From a bacterium (GTDB lineage: Bacteria > Krumholzibacteriota > Krumholzibacteriia > G020349025): a DNA stretch of 64,000 nucleotides. Both the position numbers and the translations under genes were made by a program. The DNA is taken from positions 1 to 64,000 of the forward strand of contig JANLSU010000111.1 of assembly GCA_031362565.1 (NCBI GenBank), given 5' to 3'. Shown here in pieces: positions 1 to 9,272 of this stretch (position 1 is the first letter of the stretch; each line of letters begins with the position of its first letter). The notes below the pieces were generated by a model. It was not told the origin of the DNA and did no database searches. It was given only the letters and a program-made list of their open reading frames with translations.

Positions 1-158
1 GCGATCCCAGCCGTGAAAAGATGCGCGCCGCCATACACGGTGTGCACGGGCTGCCGCGCGCCGGATTCACCGGGATGCGTCTTCACGAAAGCGCGGTTGG
101 CGCCGTGGAGTTTCTCGGCAACGGCCGCCATCGAAGTCGAGGTCAACGAGGTTTTCAT
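1..158 (-). CDS. N-terminal part of a DUF6986-like / HpcH-HpaI aldolase-citrate lyase-fold protein (runs off the left edge)
   Basis: Not in the ORF track. Hand translation from ATG at 158, which overlaps the uraH stop (TGATG): MKTSLTSTSMAAVAEKLHGANRAFVKTHPGESGARQPVHTVYGGAHLFTAGI. RQPVHTVY is the motif I recall for this family. Confidence 0.6.
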   Translation of the reverse strand, partial: MKTSLTSTSMAAVAEKLHGANRAFVKTHPGESGARQPVHTVYGGAHLFTAGI

Positions 159-508
159 CAGCTCCCCCGGTACGTGGTGTAGCCATGCGCACTCAGGAGC
201 AATGGCACATGGTAGTGCTCTTCCGAATGCGTGACTTCGAAGACGATCGTGACGAAAGGATAAAACCCGGGCGTGCCGGTCTTGGCGAACCAAGGACCGG
301 TTTCGAACTGCAGGCGATACGTGCCCGGCTCGAGGTGTGCGTCCGGCGGCAGCAGGCCTTCGACGCGTCCTTCGGCATTCGTGCTGCTCCGTGCCAGGTC
401 CGTCCAGCGCCCGGCGATGCGGATGTCGAGCGTTACGCCGAGGTCCGCAGCCGGACGGCCGCGCTGGACGTCGAGCACGTGAGTCGTAATGTGGCCGCGA
501 TGAGGCAT
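158..508 (-). CDS. uraH: 5-hydroxyisourate hydrolase (transthyretin-like)
   Basis: ITTHVLD N-terminus, YHVPLLLS and the diagnostic C-terminal YRGS; purine cluster context. Confidence 0.97.
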   Translation of the reverse strand: MPHRGHITTHVLDVQRGRPAADLGVTLDIRIAGRWTDLARSSTNAEGRVEGLLPPDAHLEPGTYRLQFETGPWFAKTGTPGFYPFVTIVFEVTHSEEHYHVPLLLSAHGYTTYRGS

Positions 509-547
509 CCGTTCGATCTCCCCGTTGATGGACGAACCCTTCGGGCA

Positions 548-1033
548 TCAGGACTCGAGGAGCTTCTCGAGCCGGATGCGTGTGATCTTCGCGTGCTCCG
601 TCGCCGCAATGCGCAGTTCGGTTGCCGGATCGTTCGCGAGCCGCAAGCGGAGCGCCGCCAACATCTCGGCCGCGCTCTTGCCCGTAGCGCAAATCAAGAA
701 CACCCAGCCGAAGCGCTCGGCATACTCTTCGTTGCCACGCGCCAGGGACTCGAGCACATCGCGAGACGCCCCTTCGACGCCCTTCTGCTCCAGGCTCGAC
801 CAGGCAGACGCACTCTTGGCCCCGATGCGCGGATGCGCTGCGAAGGCTTGGCGCCAGTCCTCGGGTCCCAGCCGCTCCCAAACCCGGCCGGCGGTTTCGA
901 GAAGCGCCGTGCGACTCGCGAACGGGCGCGCTTCGAGCATCCCTTCGACCCAGCGCGTCGCGCCGCAGCAGCGCTGCAATGCGGCACCCGCCACCGCGTG
1001 GTCGAGCCCGTTCAGTTCGTCCAAGCTCGGCAC
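548..1033 (-). CDS. uraD: OHCU decarboxylase
   Basis: AFAAHPRIG, EQ, YAERFGWVFLICATGKS, RLANDPATE and KITRIRL motifs. Confidence 0.95.
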   Translation of the reverse strand: MPSLDELNGLDHAVAGAALQRCCGATRWVEGMLEARPFASRTALLETAGRVWERLGPEDWRQAFAAHPRIGAKSASAWSSLEQKGVEGASRDVLESLARGNEEYAERFGWVFLICATGKSAAEMLAALRLRLANDPATELRIAATEHAKITRIRLEKLLES

Positions 1034-1034
1034 G

Positions 1035-3434
1035 TCAGGCCTCGTCCCAAGCAGGGTCGCACCACAACCGCAAACGGCTCACGCCGCCGTCGGGGTAGAT
1101 GCTCAAGCGCACGTGATCGTACACGCGTGTCGCCACGTCGCGCACCAATTCCGAGTCGAACTTGTGAATGTGGTCGGCTTGCAACGGAGTCCGTGGCAGA
1201 ATCATTTCCCAGGCAGCGCGGTCCATGTGTGCCACGGCGAGCGGTCCGCGGCAGGCTTCGAGCGAACAGCTTTCCGGGAAGTTGCCCTTGAAGTGCGCGG
1301 TGTCGATCTCGACGGTGCGAATGCGTCCCGGGAGCCCGAGCCGCAGCACGATCCAATCGTTGCCCGGCTCACGGCGCCGGCGAGTTTCCCAGCCGTCGGC
1401 CATCGATTCGCCGCGTCCCGGCATGATCAGGTTGTCCTTCGGCCCGAAAAACATGTCGTTGCAGGCCACGACCGTGCCGCCGTGCAGAACGGCGGCCAGA
1501 TCGACGCGCCCACCCGTTTGCTGGTGCGTCGACCAATCCGGCTTGACGATGCCATGGACGCGCAAGCGCGCCACGCCGCCATCGGGCTCGATGTGCAAGC
1601 GCACGTGCGTGAAGCGCCGCCCGTCGGTGACGGGGAACAGGTTCTCGGCGCCACCGCGCAAGCGCGAACGCGGCACGATCTCGTACCACTCGACCCCTTC
1701 GCCCAAGGCATCGGGCGTCTGGTCAGTGGCTTCGAGCCAGCAAAAGGGCGGAAAATTACCGAGGAAGTGCGCCGTGTCGACATTGATGCCGTAGATGACG
1801 CCCGGTGCACCAAGCCGCACCACACACCAATCGTGGCCCGTGACCCGCTTGCGGCGGCTTTCCCAGCCATCCATCCACTTGCCGCGGTCGGTGTATTCGT
1901 GCGGCAGGAAAATCGCCGCACCCGGCTTGAGCAGGTTTTCCTTGGGCGCGAAGAAGTCATCGGTTGCGTGCAGCGCCTCGCCGCCCAAGCGCGCCGACGC
2001 CAAGTCCACCAACTCGGTGAACGGCACGCGCAGCGTCACGTTAGGTTTGGAAGTTGGCGATTTCACGCGTTGCACCTCGGGCGTTTCGTTCCGAAAGAGG
2101 CGTTCGCCGGGCCGCGGCCCCGTAAAGCGCCCGTTCTCGTATACGCAGACGCCCCGAACGTACGTCGACTGCACGCTGCCTTGCAACGCCCGGCCGACAT
2201 AGGGCGTGACCGCATGCCGGTGGTGGACGTTTTCGGCGGCGAGGACGAAACGCGCATCGGGGTCCCAGACCACGAAATCAGCGTCGAAACCCGGGGCGAT
2301 GGCACCCTTGCGCGTCCCCAGGCCAGCCAGTTGGGCGGGGCCGTGGCACATCCAGCGCACCAGGTCGGCAAAGCTGCGCCCGCGCTCGCGCATCGCCGTC
2401 CACACGACGCTCAAGCCGAATTGCAGCCCGGCGATGCCGCCCCAAGCGGCGTCGAAGTCGCCGGCCTCAAGGCGTTTCAAGGCCGGGGTGCAGGGCGAGT
2501 GGTCGGAGACGATGCAATCGATTTCGCCGGCTACGAGTCCGCGCCACAGGCGCTCCCGATTGGCGCGCTCGCGAATCGGTGGCGCGCACTTGAAATGCGT
2601 CGCACCATTCGGAATCTCTTCGGCCGTGAACGTCAAGTAATGCGGGCAGGTCTCGACGCTGACGGAAAGGCCCTCGGCACGCGCGGCGGTGAGTTCGGCG
2701 AGTGCCGCGGCCGCCGAGAGATGCACGACGTGCGCCTGGCATCCAGTCTCGCGGACGAGGCGCACCAGGAGCCGCGCCGCATTCGTCTCCCACTGTGCCG
2801 GGCGAGCATGCAACCAGTGTGCATAGCTCTGGACATCGCCGCCGGGCGGGGTTGTGGTACCGCTCTCGACTTCGGCATGCGCCAACACCGGAACGCCCGT
2901 TGCGGCGAGAATCCGCATGCCGGCCCGCAGGGTGTCGGCATCAGCCCACGCAAACTCCTCGACGCCCGAGTCGATCATGAAAGCCTTGAACCCGAGGACT
3001 CCGGCCTCGACCAGCGGCAGCAAGTCGGCCGTATTGCCGCGCACGAGTCCGCCCCAGAAACCGTAGTCGACGGTGCAGCGGCCGGCTGCCGCCTCTGCCT
3101 TCGCGGCGAGCGCCACGACGGTGGTTGTCGGTGGAATCGAATTGAGCGGCATGTCGACCAGCGTCGTGATGCCGCCCGCCGCCGCGGCGCGCGTCGCCGA
3201 TTCGAAGCCCTCCCATTCGGTGCGCCCGGGTTCGTTGACATGCACGTGGGTGTCGACGAGGCCCGGCATGAGCACCAAGTCGCCGGTATCGACCACGCGG
3301 CCTTCGAACGCGGCGTCACCAGCCATGACCGACGCAATGCGTCCATCCCGCACGGCGATCGTCGCCGGCACGGGTTCATGATCGGCATAGAGCACGACGC
3401 GCCGGCTGCGAATGGCGAACGAACCGTTGTCCAC
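1035..3434 (-). CDS. Allantoinase-allantoicase fusion protein
   Basis: First ~450 aa: PGLVDTHVHVNEPGRTEWEGF, DMPLNSIP, ETCPHYL, FKCAPPIR, SDHSPC (AllB-type). Last ~340 aa: two allantoicase repeats (DGWESRRKR, DGWETRRRR, DTAHFLGNFP/DTAHFKGNFP, PDGGVARLR/PDGGVSRLR). Confidence 0.93.
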   Translation of the reverse strand: MDNGSFAIRSRRVVLYADHEPVPATIAVRDGRIASVMAGDAAFEGRVVDTGDLVLMPGLVDTHVHVNEPGRTEWEGFESATRAAAAGGITTLVDMPLNSIPPTTTVVALAAKAEAAAGRCTVDYGFWGGLVRGNTADLLPLVEAGVLGFKAFMIDSGVEEFAWADADTLRAGMRILAATGVPVLAHAEVESGTTTPPGGDVQSYAHWLHARPAQWETNAARLLVRLVRETGCQAHVVHLSAAAALAELTAARAEGLSVSVETCPHYLTFTAEEIPNGATHFKCAPPIRERANRERLWRGLVAGEIDCIVSDHSPCTPALKRLEAGDFDAAWGGIAGLQFGLSVVWTAMRERGRSFADLVRWMCHGPAQLAGLGTRKGAIAPGFDADFVVWDPDARFVLAAENVHHRHAVTPYVGRALQGSVQSTYVRGVCVYENGRFTGPRPGERLFRNETPEVQRVKSPTSKPNVTLRVPFTELVDLASARLGGEALHATDDFFAPKENLLKPGAAIFLPHEYTDRGKWMDGWESRRKRVTGHDWCVVRLGAPGVIYGINVDTAHFLGNFPPFCWLEATDQTPDALGEGVEWYEIVPRSRLRGGAENLFPVTDGRRFTHVRLHIEPDGGVARLRVHGIVKPDWSTHQQTGGRVDLAAVLHGGTVVACNDMFFGPKDNLIMPGRGESMADGWETRRRREPGNDWIVLRLGLPGRIRTVEIDTAHFKGNFPESCSLEACRGPLAVAHMDRAAWEMILPRTPLQADHIHKFDSELVRDVATRVYDHVRLSIYPDGGVSRLRLWCDPAWDEA

Positions 3435-3446
3435 TGGGGGCTCCCG

Positions 3447-4325
3447 TCAGCCTTGCGCCGTCCACACCGCGAGCGCGGCCAGTGCCGCGACCGCGCCCAC
3501 CGCGAGCCAAATCGTGCGCCGGTTGGGAACGATCATGTAGTGGCGGAACGCGCCGCCCGCGAGCCCGGCGACGGCGAGGATGAGCCATGCGTGGCGGTGT
3601 CCGTACGTGGTCGGAAAATGCGGACTCAGCATCAGAAAGACGACCGGCAACGTCATGTAGCTGTTCTGCACCGAGCGCTGCTTAGCGCGTTTGGCGAGCG
3701 TCATGTCGCGCGCCCGGCCGGCCTGTGCGGCGGCGATCATTTCGCGCTGCGCGGGCAGGATGCGCGCCCAGACATTCGTCACCATGATCGTGCCCAGCAT
3801 GGCGCCGATATGCAGGAACGTGGCGCGCCCGCTGTACACGTGTCCCAAGGCCCACGTGGCGCCGACCACGAGCAGATACGACAACGTGATGCCCACGGCC
3901 GGGTTCTTGGCGAGCGGCGAGAGCCAAAGCGCGTCGTATGCGAACCAGCCGGCCGCCAGAACTCCGATCGCCAACCCGAACGCCGACCAGGGTCCGAGCG
4001 TCGTTTCGCCGGAATCGAGCACGAGCCCGCCCCAGTGGTAGACGAGGACGAGGAGTGCCAGGCCCGATGTCGCCGTGATGAATGCTTCCCACTTGAACCA
4101 GTGCAGAACGGGCGGCACTTCACCGGCCCCCAAGAGGCGCTTCTCGATCCGATAGAAGCCGCCGCTATGCACCATCCAAAGCGTCCCCGTGACGCGCTCG
4201 TCGGCTGGCACGGGCGGCTCCAGCGTCCGATCGAGCCACATGAAGTAGAACGAGTTGCCGATCCACGAAATCGCCGCTAAGACATGCGTCCAGCGCAGGA
4301 CGAGGTGTAGCCACTCGGTCGTCAT
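3447..4325 (-). CDS. puuD: PuuD-like membrane urate hydroxylase domain (no cytochrome c domain)
   Basis: RWTHVLAAISWIGNSFYF, WMVHSGGFY, LHWFKWEA and GTIMVTNV motifs; multiple TM helices. Start taken at MTTEW (4325). Confidence 0.85.
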   Translation of the reverse strand: MTTEWLHLVLRWTHVLAAISWIGNSFYFMWLDRTLEPPVPADERVTGTLWMVHSGGFYRIEKRLLGAGEVPPVLHWFKWEAFITATSGLALLVLVYHWGGLVLDSGETTLGPWSAFGLAIGVLAAGWFAYDALWLSPLAKNPAVGITLSYLLVVGATWALGHVYSGRATFLHIGAMLGTIMVTNVWARILPAQREMIAAAQAGRARDMTLAKRAKQRSVQNSYMTLPVVFLMLSPHFPTTYGHRHAWLILAVAGLAGGAFRHYMIVPNRRTIWLAVGAVAALAALAVWTAQG

Positions 4326-4386
4326 CGCGGCTCCGTTCCGGCCAAGGTCCCATCGGGGTCCGAGGCGCCATGCTACCCTGGCGCGC

Positions 4387-4938
4387 ATGATGTTCCAACT
4401 GCGACTTGCGACTCTAGAGGATGTGCCCGAGCTGCGGCAGCTCATCAGCCGGTCGGCGCGCGGCCTGAGCCCCGCGTACTACACCGCGGCCCAGATCGAG
4501 AGCGCCATCACCCACGTCTTTGGAACCGACACACGCCTCATCGAGGACGGCACCTACTTCGCCGTGGTCGACGGGGGCCGCATCGTCGGTTGCGGCGGCT
4601 GGAGCCGCCGGCGGACGCTGTATGGTGGCGACCAGGTGCCACGCGTCGACGACTCGTTCCTGGATCCGGCCCTCGAGCCGGCGCGGATTCGGGCCTTCTT
4701 CGTGGACCCGGAGTGGGCGCGGCGTGGGATCGGGCGGCAAATTCTCGGGGCTTGCACCGCTGCGGCGCGCGTGATGAACTTCAGCGCCTTGGAACTCATG
4801 GCGACTCTGCCGGGTGTTCCCATGTACGAAGCAGAGGGGTTCGTTGCCCTGGAACGGACCGATGCGGTGCTCCCCGACGGGGTGGCACTGCCGCTCGTCC
4901 GCATGCGCCGTGCGATTCAATCGGAAGGAACAACTTGA
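4387..4938 (+). CDS. GNAT family N-acetyltransferase
   Basis: RIRAFFVDPEWARRGIGR acetyl-CoA-binding motif and LMATLPGVPMYEAEGF. Confidence 0.9.
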   Translation: MMFQLRLATLEDVPELRQLISRSARGLSPAYYTAAQIESAITHVFGTDTRLIEDGTYFAVVDGGRIVGCGGWSRRRTLYGGDQVPRVDDSFLDPALEPARIRAFFVDPEWARRGIGRQILGACTAAARVMNFSALELMATLPGVPMYEAEGFVALERTDAVLPDGVALPLVRMRRAIQSEGTT

Positions 4939-4967
4939 GCTGGAGTCGACTGGACGGCCGCGGATCG

Positions 4968-6866
4968 ATGGCGCGCAAAACGATGCGGCGAGAATCCCGC
5001 GCCGGCACCAAGCCGGCGGAAGGCAAGCGTCCGAAGCCGAACGCCAAAGCCGTATGGCGTGAATCACGCGACCTCATTTGGGTGCACCGCAAGCGGCTGA
5101 CCTTGGGGCTCGGGTTGATGCTGGTGAACCGGCTCGCGGGACTCGTTCTGCCGGCGACATCGAAGTATCTCGTCGACGAAGTGATTGCCAAGCAGCGCGC
5201 CGACTTGCTCGGGGTGTTGGCGTTGGCGGCCGGCAGCGCGACACTGGTGCAGGCCATCACCTCGTTCACGTTGTCGCAGGTGTTGGGCGTCGCGGCGCAG
5301 CGCGCCATCACCGATATGCGCAAGGCAGTCGATTCGCACGTCATGCGGCTGCCGGTCGGCTACTTCGACTCGACGAAGAGCGGTGTATTGATTTCGCGCA
5401 TCATGAACGACGCGGAAGGCATCCGGAATCTGGTCGGCAACGGCCTCGTGCAGTTGGTTGGCGGTGTCGTGACCGCCATCATCGCTCTCTCGGTGCTCTT
5501 CTGGCTCAATTGGCGTTTGACGAGCCTGACGCTTGTGGTGTTGGCGGCATTCGGTGGCGCCATGTCGGTGGCTTTTGCACGGTTGCGGCCGCTCTTCCGC
5601 GAGCGTGGCCAGATCAATGCCGAGATCACCGGCCGCCTGGCTGAATCGCTGGGCGGGGTGCGGATCGTCAAGGCGTACACGGCGGAACGGCGCGAACGCT
5701 TGGTCTTCGCGCATGGCGCGCACCGGCTGTTCCGCAATGTTGCCAAGTCGATCACCGGTGTCTCGGCGGTGACGGCGTTCTCGGGTGTCGTCATCGGCGT
5801 CATCGGCGTCGTCATGCTGTTGGTGGGTGGGCGCGCGATCCTGGCCGGTCAGATGACGCTCGGCGATTTCTTCATGTACATCTTCTTCACCGGGCTGGTG
5901 GCGACACCGCTGGTGCAGATTGCCGCCATCGGCACCCAGATCACGGAAGCCTTCGCGGGGCTCGACCGCATTCGCGAGATTCGCGACATGGCGACCGAGG
6001 ACGCGGCGACGGCGAATCAAGAGCCGGTCCGCGCCGTGCGCGGTGACGTCACGTTCGAAGACGTCAGCTTCGAGTACGTGCCTGGCACCCGTGTCCTGCA
6101 ACACATCTCGTTTCAGGCGCCCGCCGGCTCGACGACGGCACTCGTGGGATCGAGCGGTTCGGGCAAGAGCACGCTGATCGGGCTCGTGATGGCCTTTCAC
6201 CGGCCGCTCGAGGGCCGGGTGATGGTGGACGGGCGCGATCTCGCCACCATCCGTTTGCACGACTACCGTCGCCATCTGGGAGTCGTGCTCCAAGACAACT
6301 TCCTTTTTGACGGCACGGTCGCCGAAAACATCCGTTACGCGCGCCCGCACGCGACAATAGACGAGGTTCGCAATGTGAGCCGTATCGCGCATTGCGAGGA
6401 ATTCATCGACGGCTTCCCCGACAAGTACGACACGGTCATCGGTGAACGTGGCATCAAGCTGTCGGGCGGCCAACGGCAGCGCATCGCCATCGCACGCGCC
6501 ATCCTGGCCGATCCGCGCATCTTGATCCTGGACGAAGCGACGTCGAGCCTCGACAGCGAGAGCGAAGAACTCATCCAAAATGGCCTGCGGGCGCTGCGCC
6601 AAGGCCGGACGACGTTCGTGATCGCGCACCGCCTGTCGACAATTCGCAGCGCCGACCGCATCCTAGTTCTCGAACACGGTGAGATCGTCGAAAGTGGTAC
6701 GCACGCCGAGCTGTTGGCGTTGGACGGCCGCTACCGGCAGTTGTACGACAAGCAATACCGGTTCGAGACCGACCGGTTCATCAATCCGGGCGAAGACTTC
6801 ACCCCGGAACCGGCGCAGCGCGACATGCCCAAACCCGGCGCACCTTCGGGGATCCCGCGGCTCTGA
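4968..6866 (+). CDS. ABC exporter, fused TMD-NBD (MsbA/Sav1866-like)
   Basis: TM domain, then Walker A GSSGSGKS, LSGGQRQR, ILILDEATSSLD and IAHRLST. Confidence 0.95.
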   Translation: MARKTMRRESRAGTKPAEGKRPKPNAKAVWRESRDLIWVHRKRLTLGLGLMLVNRLAGLVLPATSKYLVDEVIAKQRADLLGVLALAAGSATLVQAITSFTLSQVLGVAAQRAITDMRKAVDSHVMRLPVGYFDSTKSGVLISRIMNDAEGIRNLVGNGLVQLVGGVVTAIIALSVLFWLNWRLTSLTLVVLAAFGGAMSVAFARLRPLFRERGQINAEITGRLAESLGGVRIVKAYTAERRERLVFAHGAHRLFRNVAKSITGVSAVTAFSGVVIGVIGVVMLLVGGRAILAGQMTLGDFFMYIFFTGLVATPLVQIAAIGTQITEAFAGLDRIREIRDMATEDAATANQEPVRAVRGDVTFEDVSFEYVPGTRVLQHISFQAPAGSTTALVGSSGSGKSTLIGLVMAFHRPLEGRVMVDGRDLATIRLHDYRRHLGVVLQDNFLFDGTVAENIRYARPHATIDEVRNVSRIAHCEEFIDGFPDKYDTVIGERGIKLSGGQRQRIAIARAILADPRILILDEATSSLDSESEELIQNGLRALRQGRTTFVIAHRLSTIRSADRILVLEHGEIVESGTHAELLALDGRYRQLYDKQYRFETDRFINPGEDFTPEPAQRDMPKPGAPSGIPRL

Positions 6867-7058
6867 ATGGCGCAATGGAAGGTGCCGAAGCCTCCTTTGT
6901 GCCGGCATCGGCTTACGCGCAGAATGGCCCGTCCTTGCCTTCTCCGATGCTGCCGTCCGCGCCATTGCTCCCTTTGGACACAGCTTGGGACATGACCCCA
7001 GTCGAAGGAATCCCGTGTAACGATCGTATCGACAAGGAATGAGCTTGCCAGGTGTATG

Positions 7059-7073
7059 GGCACGTTGGGTGCA
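7059..7073 (+). promoter_or_regulatory. Putative sigma-54 (-24/-12) promoter
   Basis: GGCACGttggGTGCA: GG and GC are exactly 10 nt apart; one mismatch to TTGC; ~85 nt upstream of the receiver-domain gene. Confidence 0.4.
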
Positions 7074-7158
7074 CAGACAGGTTGTATCTGCTGATTGGCG
7101 CATCCGCGGCGCTTCTCGAAGAAGGCGGCCGGGCGAGATCGGCCGAAGGAGGACCCAA

Positions 7159-7548
7159 GTGAAGCACTTCACTTCCCGAAACGGGTCCGTGTTGATCGTC
7201 AGCGCCGACCCGGCGCTCTCCGAAGGCATCCGCTGGGCGCTCGAGCGCGTCGGCATGGACAGCACCCTGGCGACCGATCCTGTCGAAGCCGTCCAGCGTC
7301 TGGCTTGGGACGCACCAGCAGCCATCGTCGTCGACCTTCGATTTCAGGAAATGGAAGCGGACCAGATCGTACGCCGGGCCATCGTCTGTCGTGAAACGCA
7401 TGGCGTCCCGATCATTGCGCTCGGCGACCATCCTGAAGATGCCGACTCGCTTCTCGACAGCGGCTGCGCCGCGGCACTGCCGCGCGACAGCGCGCCGCAG
7501 TCCCTGGCCGAGATCATTTCACAACTCGTACATGCGCGTCTTGGGTGA
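7159..7548 (+). CDS. Stand-alone atypical response-regulator receiver domain
   Basis: AGGAGG RBS then GTG. VLIVSADP...PAAIVVDL...VPIIALG follows the REC beta/alpha pattern. Confidence 0.65.
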   Translation: MKHFTSRNGSVLIVSADPALSEGIRWALERVGMDSTLATDPVEAVQRLAWDAPAAIVVDLRFQEMEADQIVRRAIVCRETHGVPIIALGDHPEDADSLLDSGCAAALPRDSAPQSLAEIISQLVHARLG

Positions 7549-7606
7549 CGGAGGCTGTTCGTAGCCTTGGATGTGGGATGCCCGCACGACTGGAGGCACG
7601 GCCAAG

Positions 7607-8086
7607 ATGAACCGCGACATTCGCGCCTACGACTACGTCAATCATCCCTACGCGCTCGTTCGTGACGTGCTGAGTACGTATCCCAAGGAAGTGTTGCAGG
7701 CGGCAACCTCGGAGGCGGCGTCGAGGGCGAGGTCGGTGGCGGCAAAGTTGCGCGCTGACATCGGCGGGCTGAAGGTCGGTGCCGAGATCTCGACGTCGAT
7801 CGGCGAGATCGAGGAATCCGCATCAGGTCCGGGTCCGGTGACGCGGATTCCGATCGAGTGGAAAGCCGCCCATCAACCACACTTGTTTCCCTCGACGAGC
7901 GCCGTTCTGTCCGTCTATCCGCTCACCGCGACAGAAACGCAATTGGACTTCCGCGGTCGCTACGAGCCGCCACTGGGTGTGGTTGGTGGCGCCATCGATT
8001 CGATCTTGGGCCACCGAATTGCTGAAGCCTCGGTGCATACGTTCATTGCGGATGTGGCGTGTTATCTGCGCACCGAGTTGGCTTGA
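7607..8086 (+). CDS. Conserved hypothetical protein (possibly SRPBCC/START-like fold)
   Basis: GGAGG RBS, protein-like composition (LSVYPLTATETQLDFRGRYEPPLG); fold call is a guess. Confidence 0.6.
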   Translation: MNRDIRAYDYVNHPYALVRDVLSTYPKEVLQAATSEAASRARSVAAKLRADIGGLKVGAEISTSIGEIEESASGPGPVTRIPIEWKAAHQPHLFPSTSAVLSVYPLTATETQLDFRGRYEPPLGVVGGAIDSILGHRIAEASVHTFIADVACYLRTELA

Positions 8087-8127
8087 ACGAGCAGCGACGG
8101 ATGCAGTAGTCCACGAAGGAGATCCCT

Positions 8128-9174
8128 GTGAAAGCGGCGGTGTTCATCGAGCCGGGGCGTATTGCGCTCCAAGAGAAGCCGATCCCGAAGCCCGGTCCGC
8201 GCGATGCGTTGTTGCGGGTCACCACGACCACGATCTGCGGTACCGACGTGCATATCCTGAAGGGCGAGTATCCGGTTGCACCGCGGCTCACCGTCGGCCA
8301 TGAGCCGGTTGGAGTGATCGAGGAGCTCGGCAGTGCAGTCACCGGCTACGCAGTCGGTCAACGGGTGATTGCCGGGGCGATCACACCGTGCGGTCAGTGC
8401 GACGCCTGCCTCGAAGGTTGCCTGTCCCAATGCGGTGGCAAACCGCTGGGCGGATGGCGCCTCGGGAACACGATCGACGGTTGCCAGGCCGAGTACGTCC
8501 TCATCCCTGATGCAACGGCCAACCTTGCAGCGGTGCCGGATGAACTGACCGACGAGCAGGTGCTGATGTGCCCGGATATCATGAGCACCGGCTTCAGCGG
8601 TGCCGAGAGTGGCCGCATTCGAATCGGCGACACCGTGGCGGTGTTCGCGGTCGGCCCCATCGGCCTGTGCGCGGTGATTGGCGCCAAGCTTTCAGGCGCC
8701 ACGACCATCTTCGCCGTCGACCGCGTGCCGGAACGGCTGGCGATGTCCCGGCAGCTCGGGGCGGACGTGACGATCAACTTCGAGCGCGAGGATCCGGTAC
8801 AGCGCATCCGCGAAGCCACCGGCGGGCGCGGCGTCGACGTCGCGATCGAGGCGCTCGGCACGCAAGTGACATTCGAGAATTGCCTGCGAGTTCTTCGTCC
8901 GGGGGGCACCCTCTCGAGCCTCGGCGTCTATTCCGGCAAGCTGACGCTGCCGCTCGATGCCTTCGCGGCGGGTCTCGGAGATCACCGAGTCGTCACGACG
9001 CTGTGTCCTGGTGGCAAGAACCGCATGCGGCGCCTCATGAACGTGCTCGCCTCGGGGCGTACCGATTTGCGACCGCTCGTCACCCATCGTTTTGCGCTCG
9101 ACCAGATCGAAGCGGCCTATGACCTCTTCGCACACCAACGCGACGGTGTGCTCAAGGTTGCGATCAAGCCGTAA
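8128..9174 (+). CDS. Zinc-dependent alcohol dehydrogenase (MDR family)
   Basis: TTICGTDVH, GHEPVG, structural Zn site CGQCDACLEGCLSQC, CPDIMSTGF. Confidence 0.95.
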   Translation: MKAAVFIEPGRIALQEKPIPKPGPRDALLRVTTTTICGTDVHILKGEYPVAPRLTVGHEPVGVIEELGSAVTGYAVGQRVIAGAITPCGQCDACLEGCLSQCGGKPLGGWRLGNTIDGCQAEYVLIPDATANLAAVPDELTDEQVLMCPDIMSTGFSGAESGRIRIGDTVAVFAVGPIGLCAVIGAKLSGATTIFAVDRVPERLAMSRQLGADVTINFEREDPVQRIREATGGRGVDVAIEALGTQVTFENCLRVLRPGGTLSSLGVYSGKLTLPLDAFAAGLGDHRVVTTLCPGGKNRMRRLMNVLASGRTDLRPLVTHRFALDQIEAAYDLFAHQRDGVLKVAIKP

Positions 9175-9272
9175 ACCGCCGGTGCCCAGATGGGGGCGAC
9201 AAGAATCTCGGAGCGGCCAGTATACTGCCTCTCCAGGCTCATCTTATCGTCTTCTCCAAGGGCGGACCGGGA

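Noticed and set aside
525..4280. 1251-aa + strand ORF and other long antisense ORFs (e.g. 17023-19245, 47090-49045, 49024-50613, 58816-60333)
   Set aside because: They mirror well-supported genes on the opposite strand, are Arg/Ala-rich and motif-free; typical high-GC shadow frames.
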